From: Dehalococcoidia bacterium
Lineage (GTDB): Bacteria; Chloroflexota; Dehalococcoidia; Tepidiformales; Tepidiformaceae
DNA: 64,000 nt
Assembly: GCA_022827945.1 (NCBI GenBank)
Contig: JAJEIT010000060.1
Location: 34,184-98,183, forward strand
Direction of reading: 5' to 3'
Part shown: positions 8,396 through 16,995 of the stretch, in pieces
How positions within the stretch are numbered: the stretch's first letter is position 1
Layout of the letters: the number at the start of each line of letters is the position of its first letter
Program-made: the position numbers and the translations under genes
The notes under the pieces: model-generated
What the model was told of the DNA's origin: nothing
The model's database searches: none
Seen by the model: the letters and a program-made list of their open reading frames with translations, nothing else

Positions 8396-9439
8396 CTACG
8401 AACCGAGCCGTTCCCGGAGCGCGGGAAGCACGTCGGTGGCGAAGCGGGTGACTGTCGCCACGGTCTCTTCGGGGGGGAGGCCGCCCTGGTCCATCTGGAC
8501 CAGGAACTGCTCGACACCGCCGGTCGCGCGGATGCGGCGTTCGATGTCGTCGAGCACATCCTCGACGCTGCCGCAGACGGCCTGCGCCTCGGGGGTAGCC
8601 AGGGCCTCGAAGTGCGGTGGCAGGGGGCCTTCGGCCCCGGCGATGTCGCGCAGGACCCTGGAGAGGTAGCCGGTCTGGAAGGGGCGCCAGGAGTCGACTG
8701 CGTCGGCGGTCGAGCCGGCGCCGACGTGGCAGTGGACGTGGAGGGCGACGCGCCCCGCCTCGGGATCGCGGCCCGCCCGGCGCCAGCCTTCGCGGTAGCG
8801 CTGGACGAGGGCGGGGGGCGCGTCGACGCCAACGGACACGGTCGGGATGACGATGGGGCAGCCAAGGGCGACGGCACGGTCGACGGACTCGGGAGAACTG
8901 GCGGAGAGCCAGATGGGCGGGTGGGGCCGCTGGACGGGGCGGGGGTGGACGGTGACAGCCTCGAGCGGCGCACGGAAGGAGCCAGACCAGCTGACGCGCT
9001 CCTCGGTCCAAAGGCGGCGCAGGAGCTCAACTGACTCGGCGAGCATCTCGGCGGAACGTTCCTGGTCCTGGCCGAACTGGGCGTAGTGGGCGCGGTAAAC
9101 GCCGCGCCCACCGACCAGCTCGGCGCGACCGCCGGAGAGCACATCGACGGTGGCGTAGTCCTCGGCGAGGCGGACGGCGTCGTGGTGGGGGAGGAGGGAG
9201 ACCGCGGTCGAGAGGCGCAGCCGCTCGGTGCGTTCAGCGACGGCGGCGAGGATGGGGGTGGGGGAAGAGAGGATGTACTCGCTAAAGTGGTGCTCGCCCA
9301 GGTGGAACGACCAGAAGCCAAGCTCCTCGGCCAGCGCCCCGAGGTCGACAAGCTGACGGAAGCGCTCGTGCGGAGTGAGGCGCTCACCTGTGTGGGGGTG
9401 AGGGAGGTTGTCACCGAGGGAAACGAGGCCAACGTCCAC
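8396..9439 (-). CDS. LLM-class (luciferase-like) flavin/F420-dependent oxidoreductase
   Basis: 347 aa. GTG start is preceded by GGAGGA and 6 nt. Typical LLM blocks: FWSFHLGEHHF, LRLSTAVSLLPHHDAVRLAEDYATVDVLSGGR, HPPIW. Confidence 0.85.
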   Translation of the reverse strand: MDVGLVSLGDNLPHPHTGERLTPHERFRQLVDLGALAEELGFWSFHLGEHHFSEYILSSPTPILAAVAERTERLRLSTAVSLLPHHDAVRLAEDYATVDVLSGGRAELVGGRGVYRAHYAQFGQDQERSAEMLAESVELLRRLWTEERVSWSGSFRAPLEAVTVHPRPVQRPHPPIWLSASSPESVDRAVALGCPIVIPTVSVGVDAPPALVQRYREGWRRAGRDPEAGRVALHVHCHVGAGSTADAVDSWRPFQTGYLSRVLRDIAGAEGPLPPHFEALATPEAQAVCGSVEDVLDDIERRIRATGGVEQFLVQMDQGGLPPEETVATVTRFATDVLPALRERLGS

Positions 9440-9471
9440 TGGGTTCCTCCAACCGGCGCGTTCGACCGGGG

Positions 9472-11547
9472 TCAGGGGCGACGCTTACCCGTGACCGCCA
9501 TGACAGCCGCCCCGACAAGAATAAGCAGGACGAGCAGCGCCGGAAACGAGCGCTCGGGGGAGGCGAGCCTGGCACCCGTGTCGGGTGCGGTGGGGGCGCC
9601 GGCGGGTTGGTCCGCGGGCGCCTCGTCCGGAGTTTCGAGGAAGGCGCTGCGGCCTTCGCCGCCGGGAGCGTAGCGAGGGTCGTCCGCGGCAACGGTCCCA
9701 AGGTCCTGCAGGTACTCGCGCAGGGCCTGCTCGTAAGTCGCGAGGATCTGGAACTGGTTCGGGTTCGCCCCGAGAATCGCGTACCCGTCGCCGCCGTTGG
9801 CGACGAAGCTGCTGGTCACGATGGTGACGGCAGGCGCTCCCTCCACGATCTCGCCATCCGCAACGATCGGCGCGCCGCCGACCAGGGTGAGGCTCACCAC
9901 GCGACTCCCGGCAGGCCGGGAGGGGTCGTAAACGGCGGCGATTCCGGCAATCTGGAGGAAGGCGCCGCTGGCAGCGGGATAGCGCGCGCCTGAGACCTCG
10001 AAGAGAGCCTTGAGATCGGAAGGCGAGACGTTCCGAACGACGGAGACGGCGTTGGGGAAGGGAAGCACGTCGAGCGTGTTGACGAGGAAGATGTCGCCCG
10101 GGGCGCTGCCGCTGGTGGGGAGGGTGTCGCCGGCGTTCTGGCGGATGCCGCCGCTGTTCAGAACGGCGATGACGGAATTCGCGGGGCCGCGCTCGGGCAG
10201 ACCGAGGGTGGGGACGGCACGGTCGTAGGCGTGGAGGAAGGCGTCGGCGATGAGGTTGCCGGCATTGCTCTCGCCACCGCGCAGACCCACGCGCGAGACA
10301 TCGAGCAGCACCTCCGTGGTCGCGATGGTCGTGCTCGCGAAACCGGCGAGGCAGTCGGTCACGGGCTCCTCGATCGCAGCGACGAGCGCGGGGTCCGGGG
10401 CGACGGCGTCGGTGAAGCCGGCAGCCGCGGCGACCTCGCTCCTGGGAACGACGGGGCGGGGGTAGCTGCTGGCGGTCACGATGCGCTCGACCTCGCCGGC
10501 GGCGTTGAAGACGGCGTCGAGGCGGCCGGCGTACTTGTAGTTGCCGGCCGTGGTCACGATGTAGACGGTCCGGTCGTCGGCGCCGGTGGCCTCGAGCGGG
10601 TACTCGCCCGCGACCGGAGCGCCCTCGCCCGGCAGGAGTTGGAGGGAAGTTTCGACGGCGGGGTTCTGGAGGAGGTCATTGCCACCGCCGGAGACGGCGA
10701 TATCCACGCCCCGGAGGAGGGCGCTGACGGCCACGTCGTTCGCGAGGTCCTGGAGGTGGCTGACGAACACGATCTTGTTGACCCCCAGTGCGAGCAGGCG
10801 GTCGATCTCGGCCTGGACGGCCGTTGCCGTCGCGGGCAGATCGGGGGTGACGGTCACGTTGCGGGGGATGGATATCCTGGTCAGGCTCGGGGTCGTCGCG
10901 CCAACCAGGCCGAAGCGCGCGCCCGTGGCCGGATCGTCAACGATCATGGAGCGTCCGACCACGCGGCCGGCGTCGATAGGCGCCTCAATGAGCCCGTCCT
11001 CGTCAAGGAGATCGGCGAAGCCGGCCTCACCGGAGAAGTCGAGGTTGGCGCTGAGGAAGGGCTGGCCCTCGAAGCTGCTGACAAAGCGCTCGAAGACATC
11101 GGGCGTGGAGTCGAACTCGTGGTTGCCGATGACGTGGGCATCGTAGGGGATGGCGTCCTGGGCAACGGCGTCGTAGAAGGGCGCGCCCTCCCGCTGACCG
11201 CAGAGGAAGGCGGCGGAAGAGAGGTAGGCGTCACCCGCGTTCACGGCCAGGACCGCGTTCCCGGCAGCCCGAGCCTGGGCGATCTCGCGGTCGACGACGG
11301 ACCTGAATGCGGCGACCCCGGCCACGGGAACCTCGACCGTGACGCCGTCGATCTCGATCGCGTTCGTGAGCGGAAGGAGGGCGGACTCGCCGTCGTTGTT
11401 GTGGAGCAGGGTCAGGGTGACCTCGCCGTCACCCTGGGCGGCGACCGAGGGGGTGGGAGCCCGGCCCGTGGCGATCAGCAGCAGCGCAACAGCCGCCAGA
11501 AGGGCGAGAACGAGGAACGCGACGGGTCGTGCGTACGCCAAGGGCAC
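9472..11547 (-). CDS. Secreted bifunctional metallophosphatase / 5'-nucleotidase (UshA-like) with a C-terminal membrane anchor
   Basis: N-terminal signal/TM segment, metallophosphoesterase motifs LLHNNDGES, NAGD and GNHEFD, and a 5'-nucleotidase C-terminal domain. The C-terminus is ...APDTGARLASPERSFPALLVLLILVGAAVMAVTGKRRP. Confidence 0.85.
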   Translation of the reverse strand: MPLAYARPVAFLVLALLAAVALLLIATGRAPTPSVAAQGDGEVTLTLLHNNDGESALLPLTNAIEIDGVTVEVPVAGVAAFRSVVDREIAQARAAGNAVLAVNAGDAYLSSAAFLCGQREGAPFYDAVAQDAIPYDAHVIGNHEFDSTPDVFERFVSSFEGQPFLSANLDFSGEAGFADLLDEDGLIEAPIDAGRVVGRSMIVDDPATGARFGLVGATTPSLTRISIPRNVTVTPDLPATATAVQAEIDRLLALGVNKIVFVSHLQDLANDVAVSALLRGVDIAVSGGGNDLLQNPAVETSLQLLPGEGAPVAGEYPLEATGADDRTVYIVTTAGNYKYAGRLDAVFNAAGEVERIVTASSYPRPVVPRSEVAAAAGFTDAVAPDPALVAAIEEPVTDCLAGFASTTIATTEVLLDVSRVGLRGGESNAGNLIADAFLHAYDRAVPTLGLPERGPANSVIAVLNSGGIRQNAGDTLPTSGSAPGDIFLVNTLDVLPFPNAVSVVRNVSPSDLKALFEVSGARYPAASGAFLQIAGIAAVYDPSRPAGSRVVSLTLVGGAPIVADGEIVEGAPAVTIVTSSFVANGGDGYAILGANPNQFQILATYEQALREYLQDLGTVAADDPRYAPGGEGRSAFLETPDEAPADQPAGAPTAPDTGARLASPERSFPALLVLLILVGAAVMAVTGKRRP

Positions 11548-11645
11548 CTCACGGGGATTGATCGGCGGCGAGCCGCCGCACGGGCCGGGAGCCTACGCGC
11601 GGGTTTGTGAGCACGCCAGCGAACAGGAGCCAGTCGGGCACCCGG

Positions 11646-12467
11646 CTAGTAGAGGCGCGCCGCCTCCGTTTCGAGGGCGCGTCGTTCGGCTTCGTCCATC
11701 GGGAGCCAGGTGGTGGCGGTGGCGACGTTGTCGTGGATGCGGGAGGGGTAGCGGGCGCCGGGGATGGCAACGGAGACCCCGGGGTTCGACCAGACGTACC
11801 GCAGGAGGTTGGCGGGCGTGAGGGGGCCGTCGTAGCCCTCGGCGATGCGGCCCCGCATGGCGCTCGTGCGGCCGGAGCCGCCGACGGGCCGCATGACGAT
11901 GACGCCGACGTCGTGCTCGGCGGCGAGATCGATCAGTGCGGCCGTCGCCGGGTAGAAGGCGGAGTACTCCAGCATGACGGTGTCGAACTCGCCGGAGGTG
12001 ATGGCCTTGCGGGCAATCTCGGCGGTGTGCAAGGAGATGCCGATGTGGTCGATCAGCCCGCGGTAGCGAGCGGCCTGCAGCCCGGCGAGGGCGCCGTCCT
12101 CGTGCATGACTGCATCCCACGCCTCGAGGGTCGAGACATCGTGAAGCTGGTAGAGGGCGATGCGTTCCCGCCCGAGCGCGCGGAGCGAGCGGTCGATGTC
12201 GTACTGGGCGCCGTCGGCGGTGCGGCTGAAGGTCTTGCTGGCGAGGCAGAGGTCCGCGGGTGGAGCCGTCTCGCGCAGAGACTGGCCGATGAGCATCTCG
12301 CTGCCGGCGTACTCGCGAGCAGTATCGATGAAGGTGATCCCTGACTCGATGGCGGCGCGGAGCGTGTCGCCGCCCTCGGGGGAGGTGGGGGTGTCCATGG
12401 CGCCGAGACCGAGCTCGGGGACCATGAGGCCGGTGCGGCCGAGCCTGCGCCGCTTCACTTCACTCAC
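11646..12467 (-). CDS. Aldo/keto reductase
   Basis: The track ORF extends to 12608 and overlaps the upstream gene. I prefer GTG at 12467 (VSEVKRRRLGRTGLMVPELGLGAM...), 5 nt after the upstream stop; GTG at 12458 is an alternative. The AKR-like N-terminus, FIDTAREYAGSE and the overall length fit the family. Confidence 0.8.
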   Translation of the reverse strand: MSEVKRRRLGRTGLMVPELGLGAMDTPTSPEGGDTLRAAIESGITFIDTAREYAGSEMLIGQSLRETAPPADLCLASKTFSRTADGAQYDIDRSLRALGRERIALYQLHDVSTLEAWDAVMHEDGALAGLQAARYRGLIDHIGISLHTAEIARKAITSGEFDTVMLEYSAFYPATAALIDLAAEHDVGVIVMRPVGGSGRTSAMRGRIAEGYDGPLTPANLLRYVWSNPGVSVAIPGARYPSRIHDNVATATTWLPMDEAERRALETEAARLY

Positions 12468-12472
12468 GGAAG

Positions 12473-13141
12473 CTAGCCGAAGGTCATCCGGGGGACGGAG
12501 CTGGGTGCGGGGGCGGGGTACTTCTGGGGCGGGCGCGCGACGCTGGGCCGCTCCTCGCGGGGGACGCGGTTGAAGGCGACGCGCATGGCCTCGTGGGAGT
12601 CGTGCCACGCACGGAGGCCGCGGGCGATGGCGACCGCGTTGGGGAGATCCGCCGCCTCGACGGTGCGGGGCATTCCCTCGGGGGGCTCGATCCCGGCGCC
12701 GACGACGGCGGCGCGGCGCCAGTCGACGAGGACGGCGCGGGCGCCCTCGGTGGCATTGACGAGGGCGTTGGCGGCCTCGGTGGCGGCGAAGAATGCCTGG
12801 CGGGCCTCCTCGTAGCTGGCGGCGAGGTCCTCGATGGCGACATAGACACCGTCGTCGCGGGCCTCGACGGGGTAGGAGGGCGGCCCCTCCTCGTAGGTGG
12901 GGGAGGGATGGCCATCGTGGGGGTCGAACTCGTAGTTGTGGAGCGGGCAGATGAGCCAGCCGCGGTCGATGTAGCCCTCGCCGAGGGGGGCGTTCTCGTG
13001 CGGACAGCGGTTGTCGAGGGCGCCGTAGCGTCCCTCGTGCAGCGTGAGCACGAGCACGTTGCGCCCGGCGAGAACGGTCTTGACGTCGCCTTCTTCGAGG
13101 TCGTCGAGGCCGGCAACGCGGTACCAGTCGACCTGAACCAC
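12473..13141 (-). CDS. Rieske [2Fe-2S] domain protein (NirD-like ferredoxin domain) with a ~120-aa C-terminal extension
   Basis: Rieske ligand motifs CPHENAPL ... CPLHNYEF. The start is ambiguous. GTG at 13141 lies 6 nt downstream of a TATCAT box, which would be leaderless. The track start ATG at 13249 adds 36 non-conserved residues and overlaps the divergent gene start. Confidence 0.75.
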   Translation of the reverse strand: MVQVDWYRVAGLDDLEEGDVKTVLAGRNVLVLTLHEGRYGALDNRCPHENAPLGEGYIDRGWLICPLHNYEFDPHDGHPSPTYEEGPPSYPVEARDDGVYVAIEDLAASYEEARQAFFAATEAANALVNATEGARAVLVDWRRAAVVGAGIEPPEGMPRTVEAADLPNAVAIARGLRAWHDSHEAMRVAFNRVPREERPSVARPPQKYPAPAPSSVPRMTFG

Positions 13142-13147
13142 GGCTGG

Positions 13148-13153
13148 ATGATA
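13148..13153 (-). promoter_or_regulatory. -10-like box TATCAT immediately upstream of the Rieske gene GTG
   Basis: The minus strand reads gcgcTATCATccagccGTG. The gap is 6 nt and there is no SD. Confidence 0.35.
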
Positions 13154-13247
13154 GCGCGGGAAGGGCTCAGCCAGAATCACAAATCTTGCTGACGGCCATA
13201 CCGGCTTTGAGTTAGAGTGCCGTCGATTCAGCACCCGGGAGAGCACC

Positions 13248-15017
13248 ATGCGAGAGAGCTATTGGGGGCGCTATTGGCAGCGCCGACGATCACGACGCAG
13301 CTTCCTCATCGGAGGCGCGGCGCTGGCAGCGGGTTCGGCGGGCCTGGTGGCCGTCGGGTGCGGCGACGACGATGATGACGACGAGCCGGCGGAACCGGCG
13401 GCCGCGGAGGAGACCGCAGCGGCGACCGAAGCGCCTGCCGAGGAGACCGCGGCAGCGGCCCCGGCGGACGGACCCATGCCGGGCGGAGCCTTCCGCCAGC
13501 ACAAGACGCAGGTCGACGACGGCATCGACCCTGGCCTGAAGGTCATCAACAACAACGAGATCCTGGCCCGCATCTATAACCACACGCATCTCTACAAGGT
13601 CTCGACGAACGAGTTCCTGTTCGATGCGGCGACGGCGATGGAACAGCCCGACAACGTCACGATCATCTTCCCGCTGCGGTCGGGGATGACGTTCCACCAC
13701 GACGGTAGCGCCGTAACGGCGGAGGACGTGGCGAGCACGTGGAGCCGCTTCCCCGCGCTGCTGGCAGACCAGGGTTCGCAGGTGAACGAGGCGAACTGGG
13801 GCTTCATGGACACGATCACGGCGGTCGACGAGTCGACCGCCAGGGTGGACCTGAAGGCGCCCGCGGCATCGGCGCCGGTGCTGATGGCCTCGACGGCGTA
13901 CGGCATCATCTCGAAGGCGTTGCTGGACCAGCAGGCCAACGGGAACGTGCAGGAGCTGGACGCGGGCGCGGGTCCGTACGTCATCGAGCAGCGTGACAGC
14001 GCGGGCGTCGCGCTGGCCCGCTATCCCGACTACTACGCGCACGAAAACCCCTCGACGCACTTCCTCGAGGGCGCTCCCTACATCGACCGGCACGAGACAC
14101 GCATCATCGTGGACCGGGCGGCGGTGAAGGCGGCGTTTTTCGCGGGAGACATCGACTACATCCCGGCGATCGCGGACCGCATCGAGTTCGAGGAGTTCAC
14201 CGGGGACGACCGCTTCGTGGCGAAGGAGGTGGCTTCGACTGAGGCGCGCTTCCTCGCGTACGACAACATCAAGTTCGTGGACAAGCGCGCCCGCGAGGCG
14301 GTTTCCTACGCGATCGACTACGACGCGATGATCGCCACGCTGTACGCGGGTGACGGCGTGTACGACGGTCCCGTGGGGCAGGCCCTGCCGGGCTTCGCGC
14401 TGGACCAGGAGACGCTGAAGTCGTACCGCGTGTTCGATCCGCAGAAGGCGCGGGAGCTGTGGGAGGCATCGGGCATCGAGGTCGACCACATCCGCATCGA
14501 GTCCAGCATCGACCCGCGCGGTTCGACGATGGCGGAGTTCCTCGCACGCCAGATGGAGGAAAACCTCGGCGTCACGGCAGAGCCCCTGATCCACGACGTG
14601 ACGACGTACGTGGCGCGGGCGCGCGAGCCAATCAAGCAGTGGGAGCTCTTCGTGGTGCCGTACAACGCGAGCACGACGCCGGAGATCTACAACATGACGA
14701 TGATGAACCCGGACGCCTTCGCGGGCGTGTCGTGGAGCTTCGGGGTGGACCAGCCAGACGCGAGCCTGGTGGCGAACGCCCAGAAGCTGATCGACCTGAC
14801 GGCCGCGCAGGCGCAGGAGGTCGACCCGGACCTTCGGCTCCAGAAGATGGAGGAGATGCAGCTCTTCGCGCTCGATGAGCTGGTGCCGGGCATCAACCTG
14901 CCGGTGCCGGGCCACAGCTGGGTCGTGTACAACTCCCGGGTCGGGAACTTCCCGGAGGACGACACCCTCCTTGGTGGGTTCCTGAACCGGACGCACGACA
15001 TGTACATCAAGAGCTAG
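13248..15017 (+). CDS. ABC transporter substrate-binding lipoprotein, family 5 (Dpp/Opp/Nik-like), Tat signal
   Basis: GGGAGAG SD. Twin-arginine signal RRRSRRSFLIGGAALAAGSAGLVAVGC, which also contains the lipobox, followed by a poly-Asp linker. 589 aa with family 5 SBP architecture. Confidence 0.85.
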   Translation: MRESYWGRYWQRRRSRRSFLIGGAALAAGSAGLVAVGCGDDDDDDEPAEPAAAEETAAATEAPAEETAAAAPADGPMPGGAFRQHKTQVDDGIDPGLKVINNNEILARIYNHTHLYKVSTNEFLFDAATAMEQPDNVTIIFPLRSGMTFHHDGSAVTAEDVASTWSRFPALLADQGSQVNEANWGFMDTITAVDESTARVDLKAPAASAPVLMASTAYGIISKALLDQQANGNVQELDAGAGPYVIEQRDSAGVALARYPDYYAHENPSTHFLEGAPYIDRHETRIIVDRAAVKAAFFAGDIDYIPAIADRIEFEEFTGDDRFVAKEVASTEARFLAYDNIKFVDKRAREAVSYAIDYDAMIATLYAGDGVYDGPVGQALPGFALDQETLKSYRVFDPQKARELWEASGIEVDHIRIESSIDPRGSTMAEFLARQMEENLGVTAEPLIHDVTTYVARAREPIKQWELFVVPYNASTTPEIYNMTMMNPDAFAGVSWSFGVDQPDASLVANAQKLIDLTAAQAQEVDPDLRLQKMEEMQLFALDELVPGINLPVPGHSWVVYNSRVGNFPEDDTLLGGFLNRTHDMYIKS

Positions 15018-15034
15018 GGAGTCCACACCGGGAG

Positions 15035-15060
15035 CCGGGCGGGCGTCTCCGCCCGCCCGG
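15035..15060 (+). other. Intercistronic GC hairpin between the binding-protein and permease genes
   Basis: CCGGGCGGGCG, loop tctc, CGCCCGCCCGG (perfect 11-bp stem) with no U-tract. Such hairpins commonly stabilise or partially terminate SBP transcripts in ABC operons. Confidence 0.5.
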
Positions 15061-15081
15061 CCTCGTGGAGTCGGCCAGGCA

Positions 15082-16032
15082 ATGCAGGCCTACATCGCGC
15101 GCCGGTTGATCGCCGTTCCGTTCATGTTGTTCGGGATGTCGCTGTTGCTGTTCTGGCTGCTCTTCCTGCGGCCGGGGAACGCGGCGCTGACGGGGTTCGG
15201 CCTGGTATCGCCCGACCAGAACAAGCAGGCGATCGCCAGCCTCGAGGAGGAGTTCGGCCTCGACCGGCCCTTCTTCGTGCAGTACGGGGACTGGGCCTGG
15301 AACGCGCTCCAGGGGGACTTCGGCATCTCGCTGAAGAACCGCCGCCCGGTGACACCCGAGATCAGGTCGCGGCTGCCGGTCACCGCCGAACTGGGCCTGC
15401 TGACGGTGCTGCTGACGGCGCTGATCGGGATACCCGTGGGGATCATCTCGGCCATCAGACCGGGAACGTTCCTCGACGGGGCCTTACGCATCGTGACGAT
15501 CTCGGGGATCTCCGTGCCCAACTTCTGGGTGGCGACGCTGGTGATCACGTTACCCGCGATCTGGTGGGCCTGGACCCCCCTGTGGGAGTACGTCCGCTTC
15601 GAGGATGACCCGCTCAACAACCTGAAGATCGTGATCTGGCCGGCCATCACGCTGGCGATCGCGACGGCGGCCTACGTGGCGCGCATCGTGCGCTCCTCGA
15701 TGCTGGAGACGCTCTACTCGGACTACGTGCGGACGGCGCGGGCGAAGGGCCTGCGCGAGCGAGCGGTGGTGCTGCGGCACGTGTTCCGCAGCTCGATGAT
15801 CGCGGTGATCACGGTGATCGGCATCCAGCTGGGGGCGGTGCTCGGCGGCTCGGTGATCGCGGAGCAGATCTTCGGGATTCCGGGCCTCGGGCTGCTCGTG
15901 TTCGAGTCGGTCGTCTCGATCGACTACACGGTGGCGCTCGCTGCGATCATGGTGTTCGCCTTCATGTTCACGATCGTCAACCTCGCGGTTGACGTCATCT
16001 ACACGTTCGTCGACCCGAGGATCCGGTACTGA
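15082..16032 (+). CDS. ABC transporter permease (DppB/OppB-like)
   Basis: 316 aa with 6 predicted TM segments. N-terminus MQAYIARRLIAVPFMLFGMSLLLF, and the EAA-type loop region YVRTARAKGL. Confidence 0.88.
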   Translation: MQAYIARRLIAVPFMLFGMSLLLFWLLFLRPGNAALTGFGLVSPDQNKQAIASLEEEFGLDRPFFVQYGDWAWNALQGDFGISLKNRRPVTPEIRSRLPVTAELGLLTVLLTALIGIPVGIISAIRPGTFLDGALRIVTISGISVPNFWVATLVITLPAIWWAWTPLWEYVRFEDDPLNNLKIVIWPAITLAIATAAYVARIVRSSMLETLYSDYVRTARAKGLRERAVVLRHVFRSSMIAVITVIGIQLGAVLGGSVIAEQIFGIPGLGLLVFESVVSIDYTVALAAIMVFAFMFTIVNLAVDVIYTFVDPRIRY

Positions 16033-16970
16033 TGACGGAGACGACGGAAGCAGCCGCGGCCCTGAGCCAGGAGGCGATGCGCCCGCAGGCGCGGCGCGGC
16101 GCGGGGCTGCTGCGCTTCCTCCAGCAGCAGCGGCTGGGCACGATCGGGGCGGTCCTCATCATCCTGATGGTTATCGGCGCTGTCGCCGCCCCGGTGCTCC
16201 GCACGAGCGACCCGGAGGGCTTCGGTGTGGCGCCGATCCTCGAAGGGCCGAGCGGGAGCCACTTCTTCGGGACGAACCGCGAGGGGCGGGATGTCTGGTC
16301 ACGGGTGCTCTACGGCGGCCGGGTCTCGCTCAAGATCGGACTGGCAACGGTGATCGTGGCGGCGCTGGGGGGCACGGCGCTGGCGCTGATCGCGGGCTAT
16401 CTCGGGGGCGTCGTCGACTTCGCCTTTGGACGAGTGGCGGACGTGCTGATCGCGTTCCCGTCGATCCTGTTCGCGCTGACGCTGCACGCGTCGTTACGCG
16501 ACGAATTACCGAATCTCGGACAGGTGCTGGCGGCCGAGGAGTTCCTGCTGGTGGTCGCGATCTGCATCGTGTTCACGCCGGTGATCTTCCGCATCATGCG
16601 GGGGAACGTGCTGGAGCAGCGGGCGGCGATTTATGTCGAATCGGCGCGGGTCATCGGGGCGAGCGAGGTGCGCATCATGTGGCGCCACATCTTCCCGAAC
16701 CTGGTGGGACTGCTCCTCATCGTGATGAGCACGACGCTGCCGGCGGCGATCCTGACCGAGTCGGCGCTGAGCTTCCTGGGGGTGGGGGTGGAGCAGGGGA
16801 CGCCTTCGTGGGGGGCGGACCTCTCCGGGAGCAACCGCACCTACTTCGTGCGGGCGCCGTGGATCGCGATCTTCCCCGGCCTCGCGCTGAGCGTCACGGT
16901 GCTCGCCTTCAACCTGTTCGGGGACGCGCTGCGGGACACGCTCGACCCGAGGCTGCGGGGCCAGCGGTAG
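16032..16970 (+). CDS. ABC transporter permease (DppC/OppC-like)
   Basis: 312 aa. TGATG overlap with the upstream permease. Has YVESARVIGAS and a C-terminus LFGDALRDTLDPRLR, typical of DppC/OppC. Confidence 0.88.
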   Translation: MTETTEAAAALSQEAMRPQARRGAGLLRFLQQQRLGTIGAVLIILMVIGAVAAPVLRTSDPEGFGVAPILEGPSGSHFFGTNREGRDVWSRVLYGGRVSLKIGLATVIVAALGGTALALIAGYLGGVVDFAFGRVADVLIAFPSILFALTLHASLRDELPNLGQVLAAEEFLLVVAICIVFTPVIFRIMRGNVLEQRAAIYVESARVIGASEVRIMWRHIFPNLVGLLLIVMSTTLPAAILTESALSFLGVGVEQGTPSWGADLSGSNRTYFVRAPWIAIFPGLALSVTVLAFNLFGDALRDTLDPRLRGQR

Positions 16971-16981
16971 GCACGCAGCCG

Positions 16982-16987
16982 TATACT
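16982..16987 (+). promoter_or_regulatory. -10-like box TATACT 8 nt upstream of the CoA-transferase GTG
   Basis: gTATACTcgcgggccGTG. No SD in the gap. Confidence 0.35.
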
Positions 16988-16995
16988 CGCGGGCC

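Noticed and set aside
7552-9432. Composite track ORFs that fuse a real gene to a long upstream read-through. Examples: 7552..9432, 21819..23543, 33207..34442, 38636..40675, 40057..42081, 46441..47739, 58521..59657, 61418..63319, 18228..19280, 30890..32149.
   Set aside because: The N-terminal portions are Arg/Pro-rich, overlap neighbouring genes, and precede well-placed SD or -10 elements and family-typical N-termini. I trimmed these to internal starts.
13198-13209. The 12-mer ATACCGGCTTTG is shared by two divergent promoter regions (13198..13209 and 23078..23089).
   Set aside because: With a few kilobases of intergenic sequence compared on both strands, a single exact 12-mer match is close to what chance allows. 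The flanks do not align, and I saw no third copy. It is worth a genome-wide count but is not evidence of a regulatory site.
13361-13390. A GAC/GAT-rich tandem triplet run.
   Set aside because: It encodes the poly-Asp linker (CGDDDDDDEP) directly after the lipobox cysteine of the binding lipoprotein. It is a normal low-complexity linker and not a DNA-level repeat element.
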